Origin: Mobula hypostoma
Lineage: Eukaryota
DNA: 64,000 bases
Assembly (NCBI RefSeq): GCF_963921235.1
Contig: NC_086109.1
Coordinates: forward strand, 2,666,001 to 2,730,000
Direction: 5' to 3'
In this document: in pieces, positions 23,870 through 35,990 of the stretch
Layout: the number at the start of each line of letters is the position of its first letter
Position numbering within the stretch: the first letter of the stretch is position 1
Notes under the pieces: model-generated
Told to the model about the DNA's origin: nothing
The model's input: only the letters and a program-made list of their open reading frames with translations
The model's database searches: none
Program-made: the position numbers and the translations under genes

Positions 23870-26800
23870 CTCACTCTACCTCTCTCTCCCTCACTTCCTC
23901 TTCCATTACTGCTCTCTCTCTCTCTGCCTCTACTTCTCTCTTTCTTTCTCCTCCTTTTCCTCTTTTTTAAAAATATTTTATTTATTTTTTAAAGAAGAAA
24001 TATAAGGACTCAATTAATACAACAATTAATACATATTGAAAAATAATTAATTCAAATACATTAATAAGTCAGAGAGAGAAAAAAAGGAACACCCATCCCA
24101 ACAGCATCTCCCCTCATTTAGAAAAAAGGAGGGAGGAAAAAAACATAAAAGACAGAGGAAAGAAAGGAAAGAAGAAAAGAGAAAAAAAAGAAAGTGGGCA
24201 TCCGGCTCTCAGTCAGTTTAAAACAAAAATTAAAGAAACTAGCTTATAATAAGGGATATATTTAAAAAAAATTAAAATAAATAGATTAAACAATCTGGGC
24301 ATTTAAGTAATCCAAATATGGTTGCCAAATCTCAATGAACATAGTGTATCCATTCCTGAGAGTATAAGTAATCTTCTCAAGGGGTATACAACTTTGCATT
24401 TCTTTATTCCAACCATCAATATGTACAAGGGCATCGGATTTCCATGTTACCGCTATGCATTTCCTGGCCACTGACAACGTAATTTTAATAAATTTGGATT
24501 TATCCCTGGGGAGGTTAATTTTCCAAACTGCTAAGTTCACCAGGAGAAACAATTCTGGGTCTCGAGGGAAATCCATCCCCAGAATCTTTCCCAGTACCTC
24601 CCCCAGATCATCCAAAAAGATCTCAGTTTCGTGCATAGCCAGGTGGAATGCAGAAAGGTACCAACATCAATGCCACACCCGAAACACTTGTCAGAAATTT
24701 CTGGTTTATTTTTATGTATTTTTTCAGGTGTGAGATACAACTGATGTGAAAAATTGAAATGTATCATTCTGTATCTAGAGTTGATGAGAGGTAACACTAT
24801 CCAAACATAGATGTGACCAACATTGATGATCAATTACAATGCCCAAATCCGACTCCCATCTCTCCCTCAATCTGTATATACCAAGCTTTGGGCATTGGTC
24901 CTGGAATAAAGAATACGTATTAGAAATAAATTTAGTTATATTCCCCTTTCGAATTAGAATCTCCATGTCTGAGCACCTTGGTAGGACCAGTGACGGACCC
25001 AAACAGTCCCTCAAAAAAGATCATAATTGGAGATAGCAGAAGAATGAGTTATTAGACAAATCATATTTATTTTTAAGTCCCTCAAAAGACATAAATTGCT
25101 TCTGCTGATTATAACAATCTTCAATGTGCCTGATACCGTGTTGATACCAGGTGACTAGAAACTTATTACCCAGAGTCATGGGTATTAATCTGTTCTGAGA
25201 TAGAGGTGTCTTTGAGGATATTCCTTTTTTTTGACCCATAAATTGTTTAATTTTTTCCCAGATATATATTACATGTCTCAGTAGAGGATTGTTTGTTTTC
25301 TTTTTAATTAATTTGGAGTCCCATTTATATATAAATTCTTCTGCCATCTCTTCTCCTACCATAGGTAAGCCAATTGTAACCCAAGAAGGAACAGTTGTCT
25401 CATCAAAAAAAGAAGCAATAAAACGTGCTTGTGCAGCTAAATAATATTTTTTTTAAATCTTTTAAAATTTTTTTAAACCTCCCAATTTATAGTCCCAGGT
25501 CAATTTTTCCATGGAGATGAAATACTGAAGTCTTGGCATTATCTTCATTTTTATACAGTTTACCCTGCCCGTCAGTGTGATGGGAAGGTTTATCCACCTA
25601 CGTAGGTCCTCCTCGACATTTCGCAGCAAGGGGAGATACTGAAGTTTATAAAGGTCATCCAAATTACGATTAAACTTAAACCCCAGATATTTCATGTTGA
25701 ATTTAACCCATCTGAACTGAGTGCCATATTGATATTGGGCATAGTCTTCTCTACCCAAAGGTAAAATTTCACTTTTATTCCAATTTATTTTATATCCCGA
25801 GACTACCATAATTGTCCAGCAAAGCCCTAAGTCTTACCAAAGAGCCGGCCGGATCAGCCAAATACACTAAAATGTCATCAGCAAATAAATTAATTTTATA
25901 TTCACCCTGGGCCACTTTAAACCCCTTTATGTCTGGATCCCGTCTAACAGCCTCAGCCAATGTCTCTATTGCCAGAACAAATAGAGCTGGAGATGGTGGG
26001 CAACCTTGTCTACTAGATTTATGTAGAGAGAAGACTGGTGAAATCTGCCTGTTCGTAATTATTTTGGCCTTAGACTGATGGCAAAGTGCTCTTATCCAAT
26101 TTATGAATATTTGGCCTAGACCAAATTTTTCCATTGTTTTAAATAAAAAATCCCATTCAAGTCTATCAAAGGCCTTTTCAGCATCTAAAGCCACTGCTAC
26201 AGTCGGGTCCACCTTCGTCCCAGCTAAATGTAATATAGTCAATAGTCTGCCAATATTATCAGATAATTGTCTATTTTTAATAAATCCTGTTTGACCAGAT
26301 TTAATCAATTTTGGCAGATATCGAGCTGATCTATTAGCCAATGCCTTTGCTGTAATTTTATAGTCTGCATTTAAAAGTGAGATAAGCCTATAAGATGCTG
26401 GTTTTAGCGGATCCATATCCTTCTTAAGAATTAACGTAATAATTGCTGTTGAAAAGGATTCCGGTAGAGTATGGGTCTCCTCAGCCTGAGTCACAACCCT
26501 CATAAAAAGGGGCATTAATTGATCCTTAAATTCTCTATAAAATTCAGGGGAAAACCATCATCTCCCAGCGATTTATTAGCCTGTAATAAGCCTAGGGCTC
26601 TTTCAATTTCATCCCTCGAAAAAGGGGCATTCAATTCTTCCTGATCTTGTTGACTCAATTTGGGAAGTTATAAATTAGACAAGAAGTCATCAATTTTCAG
26701 TGAGTCACCCACTGATTCTGATTTATATAGTTCCGAATAGAACTGCTTAAAAGTATCATTTGTTTCTTTGGCTTATATAAAATCTTACCTTCCCCTGTTT

Positions 26801-27558
26801 GAATCGCATTTATTGTTCCGGAGGTTTCTTCCACCCTCAATTGCCAAAACAGTACTTTCTGGGTTCTCTCTGCTGATTCATAATATTTTGTTTTGATTTT
26901 AGTATCATTTTTTTCTATTCTATAGGTTTGTTTTGTGTTATGGTCTAATTTTTATTTATTAATGTTTTATAATTTTCCTCTGTTAAATTCTGACAATCTT
27001 TTTCTAATTGTGTTATTTCTTTCCCCAATTCATTTAATCCTGTTACATATTTATTTTTTATACCCTTAACATATCCAATTATCTGTCCTCTTAAGTATGC
27101 TTTTAATGTGTCCCACGTTAAGAAATTATTGGCAGTAGAGGGTGAGTTCGACTCACAGAACAATTCTATTTGAGCTCTAATAAAACTGCAAAACTCTGGT
27201 CTTTTCAACAGCAAAGGATTAAAATGCCATCTATATAATGTTTTTTGTTTATCCGGCATTTCAACTGATACAATTAAAGGTGAATGGTCCGATAGTAGGC
27301 TAGCGGGATATTCTGTCTGAATGGTCCTACTTTCTAATTTAGCTGATATTAGAAATGTCAGTTCTAGAGTAGGAATCATATTGTTTTGAATAGAAAAAGT
27401 AGTCTCTTTCCCTTGGGTGCTGCCATCTCCAAGCATCTATTATATTCAAGTCCTTCATGAAGGCCAGGGTGGTTTTTGCTGCCCTGACCTTCACTGATCT
27501 ATCTAAATTGGATCCAGACAAAAATTGAAATCCCCTCCAATTAAGATATTTTCATATC

Positions 27559-30500
27559 ATAGAAACTATCGAAACCATAGAAACTACAGCACAGAAACAG
27601 GCCTTTTGGCCCTTCTTGGCTGTGCCGAACCATTTTCTGCCTAGTCCCACTGACCTGCACACGGACCATATCCCTCTGTACACCTCCCATCCATGTATCT
27701 GTCCAATTTATTCTTAAATGTTAAAAAAGAACCCACATTTACCACCTCGTCTGACAGCTCATTCCATACTCCCACCACTCTCTGTGTGAAGAAGCCCCCC
27801 CTAATGTTCCCTTTAAACTTTTCCCCCCTCACCCTTAACCCATGTCCTCTGGTTTTTTTCTCCCCTTGCCTCAGTGGAAAAAGCCTGCTTGCATTCACTC
27901 TATCTATACCCATCATAATTTTATATACCTCTATCAAATCTCCCCTCATTCTTCTACGCTCCAGGGAATAAAGTCCTAACCTATTCAACCCTTCTCTGTA
28001 ATTGAGTTTCTCAAGTCCCGGCAACATCCTTGTAAACCTTCTCTGCACTCTTTCAACCTTATTTATATCCTTCCTGTAATTTGGTGACCAAAACTGAACA
28101 CAATACTCCAGATTCGGCCTCACCAATGCCTTATACAATCTCATCATAACATTCCAGCTCTTATACTCAATACTTCGATTAATAAAGGCCAAAAGCTCTC
28201 TTTACGACCCTATCTACCTGTGACGACACTTTTAGGGAATTTTGTATCTGTATTCCCAGATCCCTCTGTTCCACTGCACTCCTCAGTGCCTTAACATTAA
28301 CCCTGTATGTTCTACCTTGGTTTGTCCTTCCAACATGCAATACCTCACACTTGTCTGTATTAATCTCCATCTGCCATTTTTCAGCCCATTTTTCCAGCTG
28401 GTCCAAGTCCCTCTGCAGGATCTGAAAACCTTCCTCACTGTCTACTACACCTCCAATCTTTGTATCATCAGCAAACTTGCTGATCCAATTTACCACATTA
28501 TCATCCAGATCATTGATATAGATGACAAATAACAATGGACCCAGCACTGATCCCTGTGGCACACCACTAGTCACAGGCCTCCACTCGGAGAAGCAATTCT
28601 CTACTACCACTCTTTGGCTTCTTCCATTGAGCCAATGTCTAATCCAATTTACCACCTCTCCATGTATACCTAGCGACTGAATTTTCCTAACTAACGTCCC
28701 ATGCGGGACCTTGTCAAAGGCCTTACTGAAGTCCATGTAGACAATATCCACTGCCTTCCCTTCATCCACTTTCCTGATAACCTCCTTGAAAAACTCCAAT
28801 AGATTGGTCCAACATGACCTACCACGCACAAGCATTTGGATAGACAGGGACTTATTAGGGAGATGTTGACTCTCCCTAATAAGTCCCTGTCTATCCAAAT
28901 GCTTGTAGATTCTGTCTCTTAGTACTCCCTCCAATAACTTACCTACTACTGACGTTAAACTCACTGGCCTATAATTTCCCGGATTACTTTTCGATCCTTT
29001 TTTAAACAACAGCACAACATGAGCCACTCTCCAATCCTCCGGCACCGCACCTGTAGACAGCGACATTTTAAATATTTCTGCCAGGGCCCCTGCAATTTCA
29101 ACACTAGTCTCCTTCAAGGTCCGCGGGAACACCCTGTCAGATCCCGGGGGTTTATCCACTTTAATTTTCCTCAAGACGGCAAGGACCTCCTCCTTTTCAA
29201 TCTGTACAGTTTCCATGATCTCACTACTTGTTTCCCTTAATTCCATAGACTTCATGCCAGTTTCCTTAGTAAATACAGATGCAAAAAACCTATTTAAGAT
29301 CTCCCCGATTTCCTTTGGTTCCGCACATAGCATCTTCAAGAGGACCAACTTTATTCCTTACAATCCTTTTGCTCTTAATATACCTGTAAAAGCTCTTTGG
29401 ATTATCCTTCACTTTGACTGCCAAGGCAACCTCATGTCTTCTTTTAGCCCTCCTGATTTCTTTCTTAAGTATTTTCTTGCACTTCTTATACTCCTCAAGC
29501 ACCTTATTTACTCCCTGCTTCCTATACATGTCATACAACTCCCTCTTCTTCTTTATCAGAGTTGCAATATCCCTTGAGAACCAAGGTTCCTTATTCCTAT
29601 TCACTTTGCCTTTAATCCTGACAGGAACATACAAACTCTGCACTCTCAAAATTTCTCCTTTGAAGGCTTCCCACCTACTGATCACATCTTTGCCAGAGAA
29701 CAACCTATCCCAATCCACGCATTTTAGATCCTTTCTCATTTCTTCAAATTTGGCCTTCTTCCAGTTCAGAACCTCAGTTCTAGGACCAGATCTATCCTTG
29801 TCCATGATCAAGTTGAAACTAATGGTGTTATGATCACTGGAACCAAAGTGCTCCCCTACACAGACTTCTGTCACTTGTCCTAACTCGTTTTCTAACAGGA
29901 GATCCAATATTGCATCCCCTGTAGTTGGTCCCTCTATATATTGATTTAGAAAACTTGCCTGAACACATTTTACAAACTCTAAACCATCTAGACCCCTAAC
30001 AGTATGGGAGACCCAATCAATATATGGAAAATTAAAATCCCCTACCACCACAACTTTATGTTTCCTGCAGTTGCCTGCTATCTCTCTGCAGATTTGCTCT
30101 TCCAATTCTCGTTGACTATTGGGTGGTCTGTAATACAATCTGACTAATGTGGCCATACCTTTCCTGTTTCTCAGCCCCACCCATAAGGACTCAGTAGACA
30201 AGCCCTCTAATCTGTCCTGCCTGAGCACTGCTGTAATATTTTCCCTAACGAGCAATGCTACTCCCCCACCTTTCATTCCTCTGCCTCGATCACATCTGAA
30301 ACATCGGAACCCCGGAATATTAAGCTGCCAGTCCTGCCCCTCCTGTAGCCAAGTTTCACTAATTGCTATAACATCATAATTCTACATGTCAATCCACGCC
30401 CTCAACTCGTCCGCCTTCCCCGCAATACTCCTAGCATTGAAATATATACACCTCAGAAGATTTTTACCACCACTCACAACCTTTCTATGAGTGGATTTGC

Positions 30501-30612
30501 TTGAACTTTTAACATCATTTATTTTCACCCCAGCCGCACTGTCAGCTCTGGCACTCTGGTTCCCATCCCCCTGCAAATCTAGTTTAAAGCCTCCCCAATA
30601 GCATTAGAGCAA
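27559..30612 (-). mobile_element. CR1 LINE (ORF2 with frameshifts) nested in the L1 endonuclease region
   Basis: ORFs 30382..30576, 29290..30276, 28179..29348, 27641..28192; ATAGAAAC tail at 27559; host L1 codons GAA-G|GA-TAT rejoin. Confidence 0.93.
28828..28906. repeat. Perfect 36-bp inverted repeat with 7-nt spacer
   Basis: ACAAGCATTTGGATAGACAGGGACTTATTAGGGAGA-tgttgac-TCTCCCTAATAAGTCCCTGTCTATCCAAATGCTTGT. Confidence 0.95.
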
Positions 30613-31520
30613 CTTCAGCAACTTTCAAAAAAATATTTTGGATATATTTCTCGTTGTCATAATTGGGGGCATATAAATTCAAAAGTGTCCAGGATTCTGA
30701 ATATATTTGACAACTGAGCATAACAAATCTCCTGGCCAGATCTATGATCGTACCCCCCACCTTCACTGGTGAATTCTTCCCTATCAATACTGCCACTCCC
30801 CTGGCTTTAGAATTAAAGGAGGACACTATTACTTGACCAACCCATCCTCTCTTTAATTTGTTATGTTCTGTCACTGTAAGATGAGTTTCTTGAAGAAAGG
30901 TAATATTAATATGATTTTTTTAAGATATGCCAGGACCTTTTTCCTTTTTATCGGTCCATTTATCCCATTAACATTAAGACTTAAAAATTTAATTGCTCTA
31001 TTCATAGTCATCAGATTTTATTGGTTGATAAATCCTGCCCACAAAAAAGTATAAATTAATCCCACTTCTTTGAGTGATTCTGAGATATTTGGTGCCATTC
31101 TCAATAGAGCATAGAAAATAGAAAGGAAACCAAAGAGGAAAGAAAAAAAATTTTAAAAAAATGAAAAGAAAGGGAGGAAATACCTCCCAACTGGTGCTCC
31201 AAGTCCACGGCGCCTTAACCCCTCTTACTGTGGGGTCCGATAAACATCGCACTAAAGATGGACATTCTTTAACATATAACATAATTTATCTTTTTTTTAA
31301 AAAGAGATGAAAAATTTATCCACTCCCCCAATAACTCCTTAATTAAACATCTGTAAAATTAAATTATATTCCACACCAGTTATTACTAAATATCTAACAT
31401 AATCTATAATATTGAAAGTAAATATCATTAATATAGCAATATATCCAAATAAAGAATAGAATTCAAAGAAACTTACTAAATATAACCCTAAATATTGTAA
31501 CTTAATACATATCCAGCATA

Positions 31521-31680
31521 NNNNNNNNNNNNNNNNNNNNNNNNNNNNNNNNNNNNNNNNNNNNNNNNNNNNNNNNNNNNNNNNNNNNNNNNNNNNNNNN
31601 NNNNNNNNNNNNNNNNNNNNNNNNNNNNNNNNNNNNNNNNNNNNNNNNNNNNNNNNNNNNNNNNNNNNNNNNNNNNNNNN
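31521..31680. other. Assembly gap (160 N)
   Basis: N run. Confidence 1.
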
Positions 31681-31689
31681 GAAACATCA

Positions 31690-31940
31690 GTGTGTGATGG
31701 GACAGTGTAGAGGGAGCTTCACTCTGTGCCTGGCCCGTGTCCGGGGAGTGTGTGATGGGACAGTGTAGAGGGAGCTTCACTCTGTGCCTGGCCCGTGTCC
31801 GGGGAGTGTGTGATGGGACAGTGTAGAGGGAGCTTCACTCTGTGCCTGGCCCGTGTCCGGGGAGTGTGTGATGGGACAGCGTAGAGGGAGCTTCACTCTG
31901 TGCCTGACCCGTGTCCTGGGAGTGTGTGATTGGACAGTGT
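31690..31940. repeat. 58-bp tandem repeat (~4.3 copies visible, abuts gap)
   Basis: GTGTGTGATGGGACAGTGTAGAGGGAGCTTCACTCTGTGCCTGGCCCGTGTCCGGGGA repeated with near-identity. Confidence 0.95.
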
Positions 31941-32077
31941 TAAGGGACTTCCTCCATCCATCCTGTTCCTGCTGTTTCTCTCGTGGCAGTGTATGGTCCA
32001 GAACTGTCCCTGTAGTGTAAATAAAAGAGACGGAGAGAGGGAAGTGAAACAGATATATGTTATTTGGTTAAACTTAC

Positions 32078-32129
32078 AGACTGAGAAGAGGGTGAGCCAG
32101 AGGCCCACGAGGAAACACCTGATGTCCAT
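32078..32129 (-). CDS. Signal-peptide exon MDIRCFLVGLWLTLFSV(S) of IgV receptor gene 1
   Basis: ATG, 17 codons + 1 nt, then a perfect GTAAGT donor at 32072-32077; hydrophobic core; phase 1 joins V exon 1 as ...FSVS-STGA-SPP, a plausible cleavage site. Confidence 0.78.
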
Positions 32130-32246
32130 TCTTCTCCAGGAGTAGGAGCGTGGGGTCAGAAAGCCTCCTCTTCACCAGGTCCTTGTAGGTCGAAGTGAGG
32201 CGAGTGTAACTGCTCGGAGTGATTCAGAGAACCTGACTGGAGGAGG

Positions 32247-32270
32247 TGTGGTCTATTTCAGGAAACCACA
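32247..32270. promoter_or_regulatory. Composite RUNX-ETS-RUNX motif ~120-140 bp upstream of the leader ATG
   Basis: TGTGGTC (32247-53), CAGGAAA (32259-65), AAACCACA (32263-70). Confidence 0.5.
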
Positions 32271-32879
32271 GCTCCCAATGGCAGGTCTGAAGGTGCCAGG
32301 TGGCAGTATGTCTTCAAGCCCAGCGACCGATCCCTGCCCCCAAAACTGCTGCAATCCAGCGAAAGTTCTTCTAGATTTGTAAACCATTTATTCAAATAGA
32401 GATGCTTAAGTCATGAGCTCAACGTCTCACAGGTTGCCTTATAGATGATATTGAAAACGTTACAGTAAAAACATCAAGATAAATCAGAATCAGGTTTATT
32501 ATCACCAGCATGTGACATGAAATTTGTTAACTTAGCAGCAGCAGTTCAATGCAATACATAATATAGCAGAGAGAGAGAAAAAACATAATCATAAATAAAA
32601 TCAAATAAAACATAATATAAATAAACAAATCAATTACATATGTTGAATAGATTTTTTAAAAATGTGCAAAAACAGAAATATTGTATATTTAAAAAAAAGT
32701 GAAGTAGTGTCCAAAGCTTCAATGTCCATTTAGGAATCAGACAGCAGAGGGGAAGAAGCTGTTCCTGGTAGATGGAATGTACTCAGATTTTTAGAGGGCA
32801 TTTAATGCCGTTCTGCATCAAAGATGATTGTGGAAAATCAAAGTTCACGGTGCAGGAGTAACATTTATGCTGCACCTCC

Positions 32880-33085
32880 AATTCAATGCTAGCCTAATCA
32901 CTGGGCAATCTTACAATCACCAATTAGCCTACTAACTGGTAGGTTTTTGGACTGTGGGAGGAAACCCAAGCAGGCACAGGGAAGAAGTACAAACTGCTTA
33001 CACCTTACAGGCAGTGGTGAGAATTGAACCCGGGTCGCCGGCACTGTAAAGTGTTGTGCTAACCACTATGCTAGTGAGCCACTAT
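32880..33085 (-). mobile_element. V-SINE/HE1-like SINE fragment
   Basis: 'tgtgggaggaaaccc...gaattgaacccgggtc...gtgctaaccact'; a second copy lies at ~42300-42410. Confidence 0.7.
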
Positions 33086-33181
33086 GTCCTGTGGTAACTG
33101 GGATGAACTTCTTTGCTGTCCAGGTTCCATCAATTTTGGTTCAAGTACAAGCTTTGAAATCACGCCACATATACTCTCATC

Positions 33182-33240
33182 CTAACTGACGAAATACTCA
33201 GCGCCTTCCCCAGCTGTACCCATGGTCACGGGTCTCCAGT
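33182..33240 (-). other. Candidate terminal exon (D)WRPVTMGTAGEGAEYFVS*
   Basis: Long pyrimidine tract ending ttttacag at 33241-33243; open in phase 1 to TAG; lies in non-repetitive sequence ~1 kb upstream of the gene 1 leader. Confidence 0.35.
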
Positions 33241-33789
33241 CTGTAAAAGTAATGTGGGAATACAACAGGGACCACAGAGGGAGGAGAACAGAGCGGTGAG
33301 AGTTTGCCAGGATGCAAGGTGGTTGATGTGGATTGGTTTTTGACTTGTTAATAGGAGACAGAGAGGTGAGTGTGTACCAGTTCTTTGCTGAATCAAGAGA
33401 TGGATCAATTGTGGCACCATTCATGAGTTATTTTAGGAAATGATGAGACCACATAGGGTGTACTGTGGATTTTGGATTTTTTTGGCCTCCTTATTTGATG
33501 AAGAATATTAGTACCTTTTTAGCCTTTCCAAGAAGATTTACTAGACTGGTACTTGGAATGGATTGGTTGTCTTTGAAGGTTGCACAGACTAACGCCTAAT
33601 GTAGTGGAAGTTGGAAGAGTGAGAGGGGACTTAATTGAAATGTGCCTGATCCTGATGAATGGGGAGAAGACGTTTCCTTGTGGAAGAAACTTGAATTACA
33701 GTCAGAATCAGGGTTAAAAACACTGATGTGTGTGATGAGACTTCTGTTGTTTTGTGGCAACAGTACAATGAAAAGTCATAAAATGACTA

Positions 33790-34085
33790 TAAATTGCAAA
33801 ATTTATGAAGTACAAAGAAAAAAAAATAATGCAGTAGTGCTCATGGACCATTCAAAAATCTGATGGTAAAGGGAATGAGTTGTTCTTGAATTGATGAGAG
33901 TGGATCTTCTGGCTCCTGTATCACCTCCCTGATGGTAGTAATGAGAGGAGGGCATGTGCTGGGTGGTGAGGGTCCTTAGTGATAGACGCCTCCTTCCTGA
34001 GCCACTGCAAATCGAAGATGTCCTCATTGATGGGGAAGGCTGGGTCATGATGGAGCAGCCCGAGTCTACAAATCCCTGCAGCCTC
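33790..34085 (-). mobile_element. Rex1/Babar 3' fragment
   Basis: 'KDPHHPAHALLSLLPSGR' (ORF 33921..34142). Confidence 0.75.
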
Positions 34086-34169
34086 TACATTGGAGATTCC
34101 ATACCAGACCATGGTGCAAACAATCAGAATCCTCTTCACCATTCTAAAAGAAGAGCTGCATAGCAGTTC

Positions 34170-35990
34170 TAGGCAAGAAAGTGTAAGAAATGCAAGAGGA
34201 ACACTTCAGAAAGAAATCAGGAGGGCTAAAGGAAGGCATGAGGTTGCCCTAGCAGACTAGGTGAAGGAGAATCCTAAGGGATTCTACAGAAGTATTAAGA
34301 GCAAAACAATTGCAAAGGACAAAATTGGTCCTCTGATAGATCAGAATAGCAATCCATGCGTGGAGCCAAAAGAGAAGGGGCAGATCTGAAATGGACTTTT
34401 TTACATCTCTATTTACTCAGGAGATGGACATAGAAACTATAGAAGTGGGGCAGAACTGCAGCGACTTCATGAACCCTAATCAGATTAAATAGGAGGAGGT
34501 GTCTTGAGGCAAATTAGGGTGGATAAATCCAAGGTGTTCTCTTGGACCCTGTGGGGGTTGTGCAGAAACTGAAGGGGCCCTGGCAGAAATATTTAAATCG
34601 TCCTCAGCCACAGGTGAGGTACTGGAGGATTGGAGGATTGGAGAATAGCTAATGTTGTTCTGCCATTTAAGAAAGGCTCTGAAACTAAACCAGAAAATTA
34701 TATGTCGGTGAGACTGATACCAGTAGTGGGAAAGATATTGGAAGATAATCTAAGAGACCGAGTATTTGAGTATTCAGATAGATGTGGAATAATTAGAGAT
34801 TGCCAGCATGGCTTCTTGCATGGGTAGGTTGTGTCTAACCAATCTCACAGAGTTTTTTGAGGAAGTTACCAGGAAAGTAGCAGAAGGCAAGACTGTTGTC
34901 TACATGGATTTTAGCAAGGTACTTGACAAAGTCTCACATCGGAGGTTGATTGAGAAGGTTCTCTCACTTGGCATTCAAGATGAGGCAGTAGACTGGATTA
35001 GATATCGGCTTTCTTGGAGAAGCCAGAGAGCGGTAGTAGATGGTGGCCTTTCTGACTGGAGGCCTGTGACTAGTGGTGTGCCACAGGGATCAGTGCTGGG
35101 TTCATTGTTCTGTGTCATCTATATTAACAATCTGAATGATAATGTGGTAAACTGGATCAGCAAATTTGCAGCTGACATCGAGATTGTGGGTATAGTAGAC
35201 AACGAGGATGGCGATCAAAACTTGCAGAAAATGGTCTAAAAAATGGCAGATGGAATTTAATGCAGGCAAGTGTGAGGTGTTGCACTTTGTTAAGGCCAAA
35301 CCATAGTAGGTCCAACAGAATGAATGGCCGGGCACTGAGGAGTGCAGTAGAACAAATGGATCTGGAAATACAGGTCCATAATTCATTGAAACTGGCGTCA
35401 CAGGTAGAGTGACAGGTAGTCATTAATAAAGCTTTTGGCACATTGACCTTTAGAAATCAATGATAGGATGTTTGGTTAAAGTTGTATTAGATGGTGGCGA
35501 GGTCTAATTTGGAATATTGTGTGCAGTTCGGGATGTTCTGTTAAAGTTGTATAAGATGTTGGCAAATTCTAATTTGGAGTGTTGTGTGCAGTTTTGGTCA
35601 CTACGTACAGGAAAGATGTAAATAAGGTTGAAAAGAGTACAGAGAAAATTTACAAATATATTCCAGGACTGGAGAACCTGAGTTATAAGGAAAGATTGAA
35701 TAGGTTAGGACTTTATTTCTTGGAACATAGAAGACTGAGGGCAGATTTGATAGAAGTATACAATATACAGGGTGTATAGATAGGGTAAATGCAAGTAGGC
35801 TTTTTTTTCCACTGAGGTAAGGTAGAACTACAACTAGAGGTCATGGGTTAAGGGTGAATTGTGAAAAATTTAAGGGAAACATGAGGACATGAAGGGAAAC
35901 TTCTTTACTCAGAGTTGTGAGAGTGTGGAACCAGCTATTGGGGCAAGTGGCGCATGTGAGCTTCAATTAAACACTTTTAGTCATAGTCAT
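34170..35990 (+). mobile_element. Decayed CR1 ORF2
   Basis: ORFs 34630..34827, 34808..35239 (GVPQGSVLG...KFAAD), 35579..35779. Confidence 0.85.

Larger units (their letters stand above)
23964..31520 (-). mobile_element. L1-clade LINE, decayed ORF2, split by a CR1 at 27559-30612
   Basis: EN (30584..30874 'RGVAVLI...NLYAPN', resuming as 'YENILIGGDFN' at 27558), RT 25790..26515 (LDAEKAFDRLEW, RQGCPPSP, LFADDIL), C-terminal pieces to 24286; T-rich tail at ~23964. Confidence 0.9.

Noticed and set aside
23038-24005. Long HT/CV-rich ORFs of up to 271 aa on both strands
   Set aside because: Translations of CA/CAGA microsatellite plus an N gap; not genes.
33245-33330. Moderately hydrophobic frame 'LASWQTLTALFSSLCGPCCIPTLLLQ' as a possible TM exon for V2
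   Set aside because: Coincides with a polypyrimidine tract, contains Pro/Gln/Ser, has no basic stop-transfer residues and no suitable splice sites.
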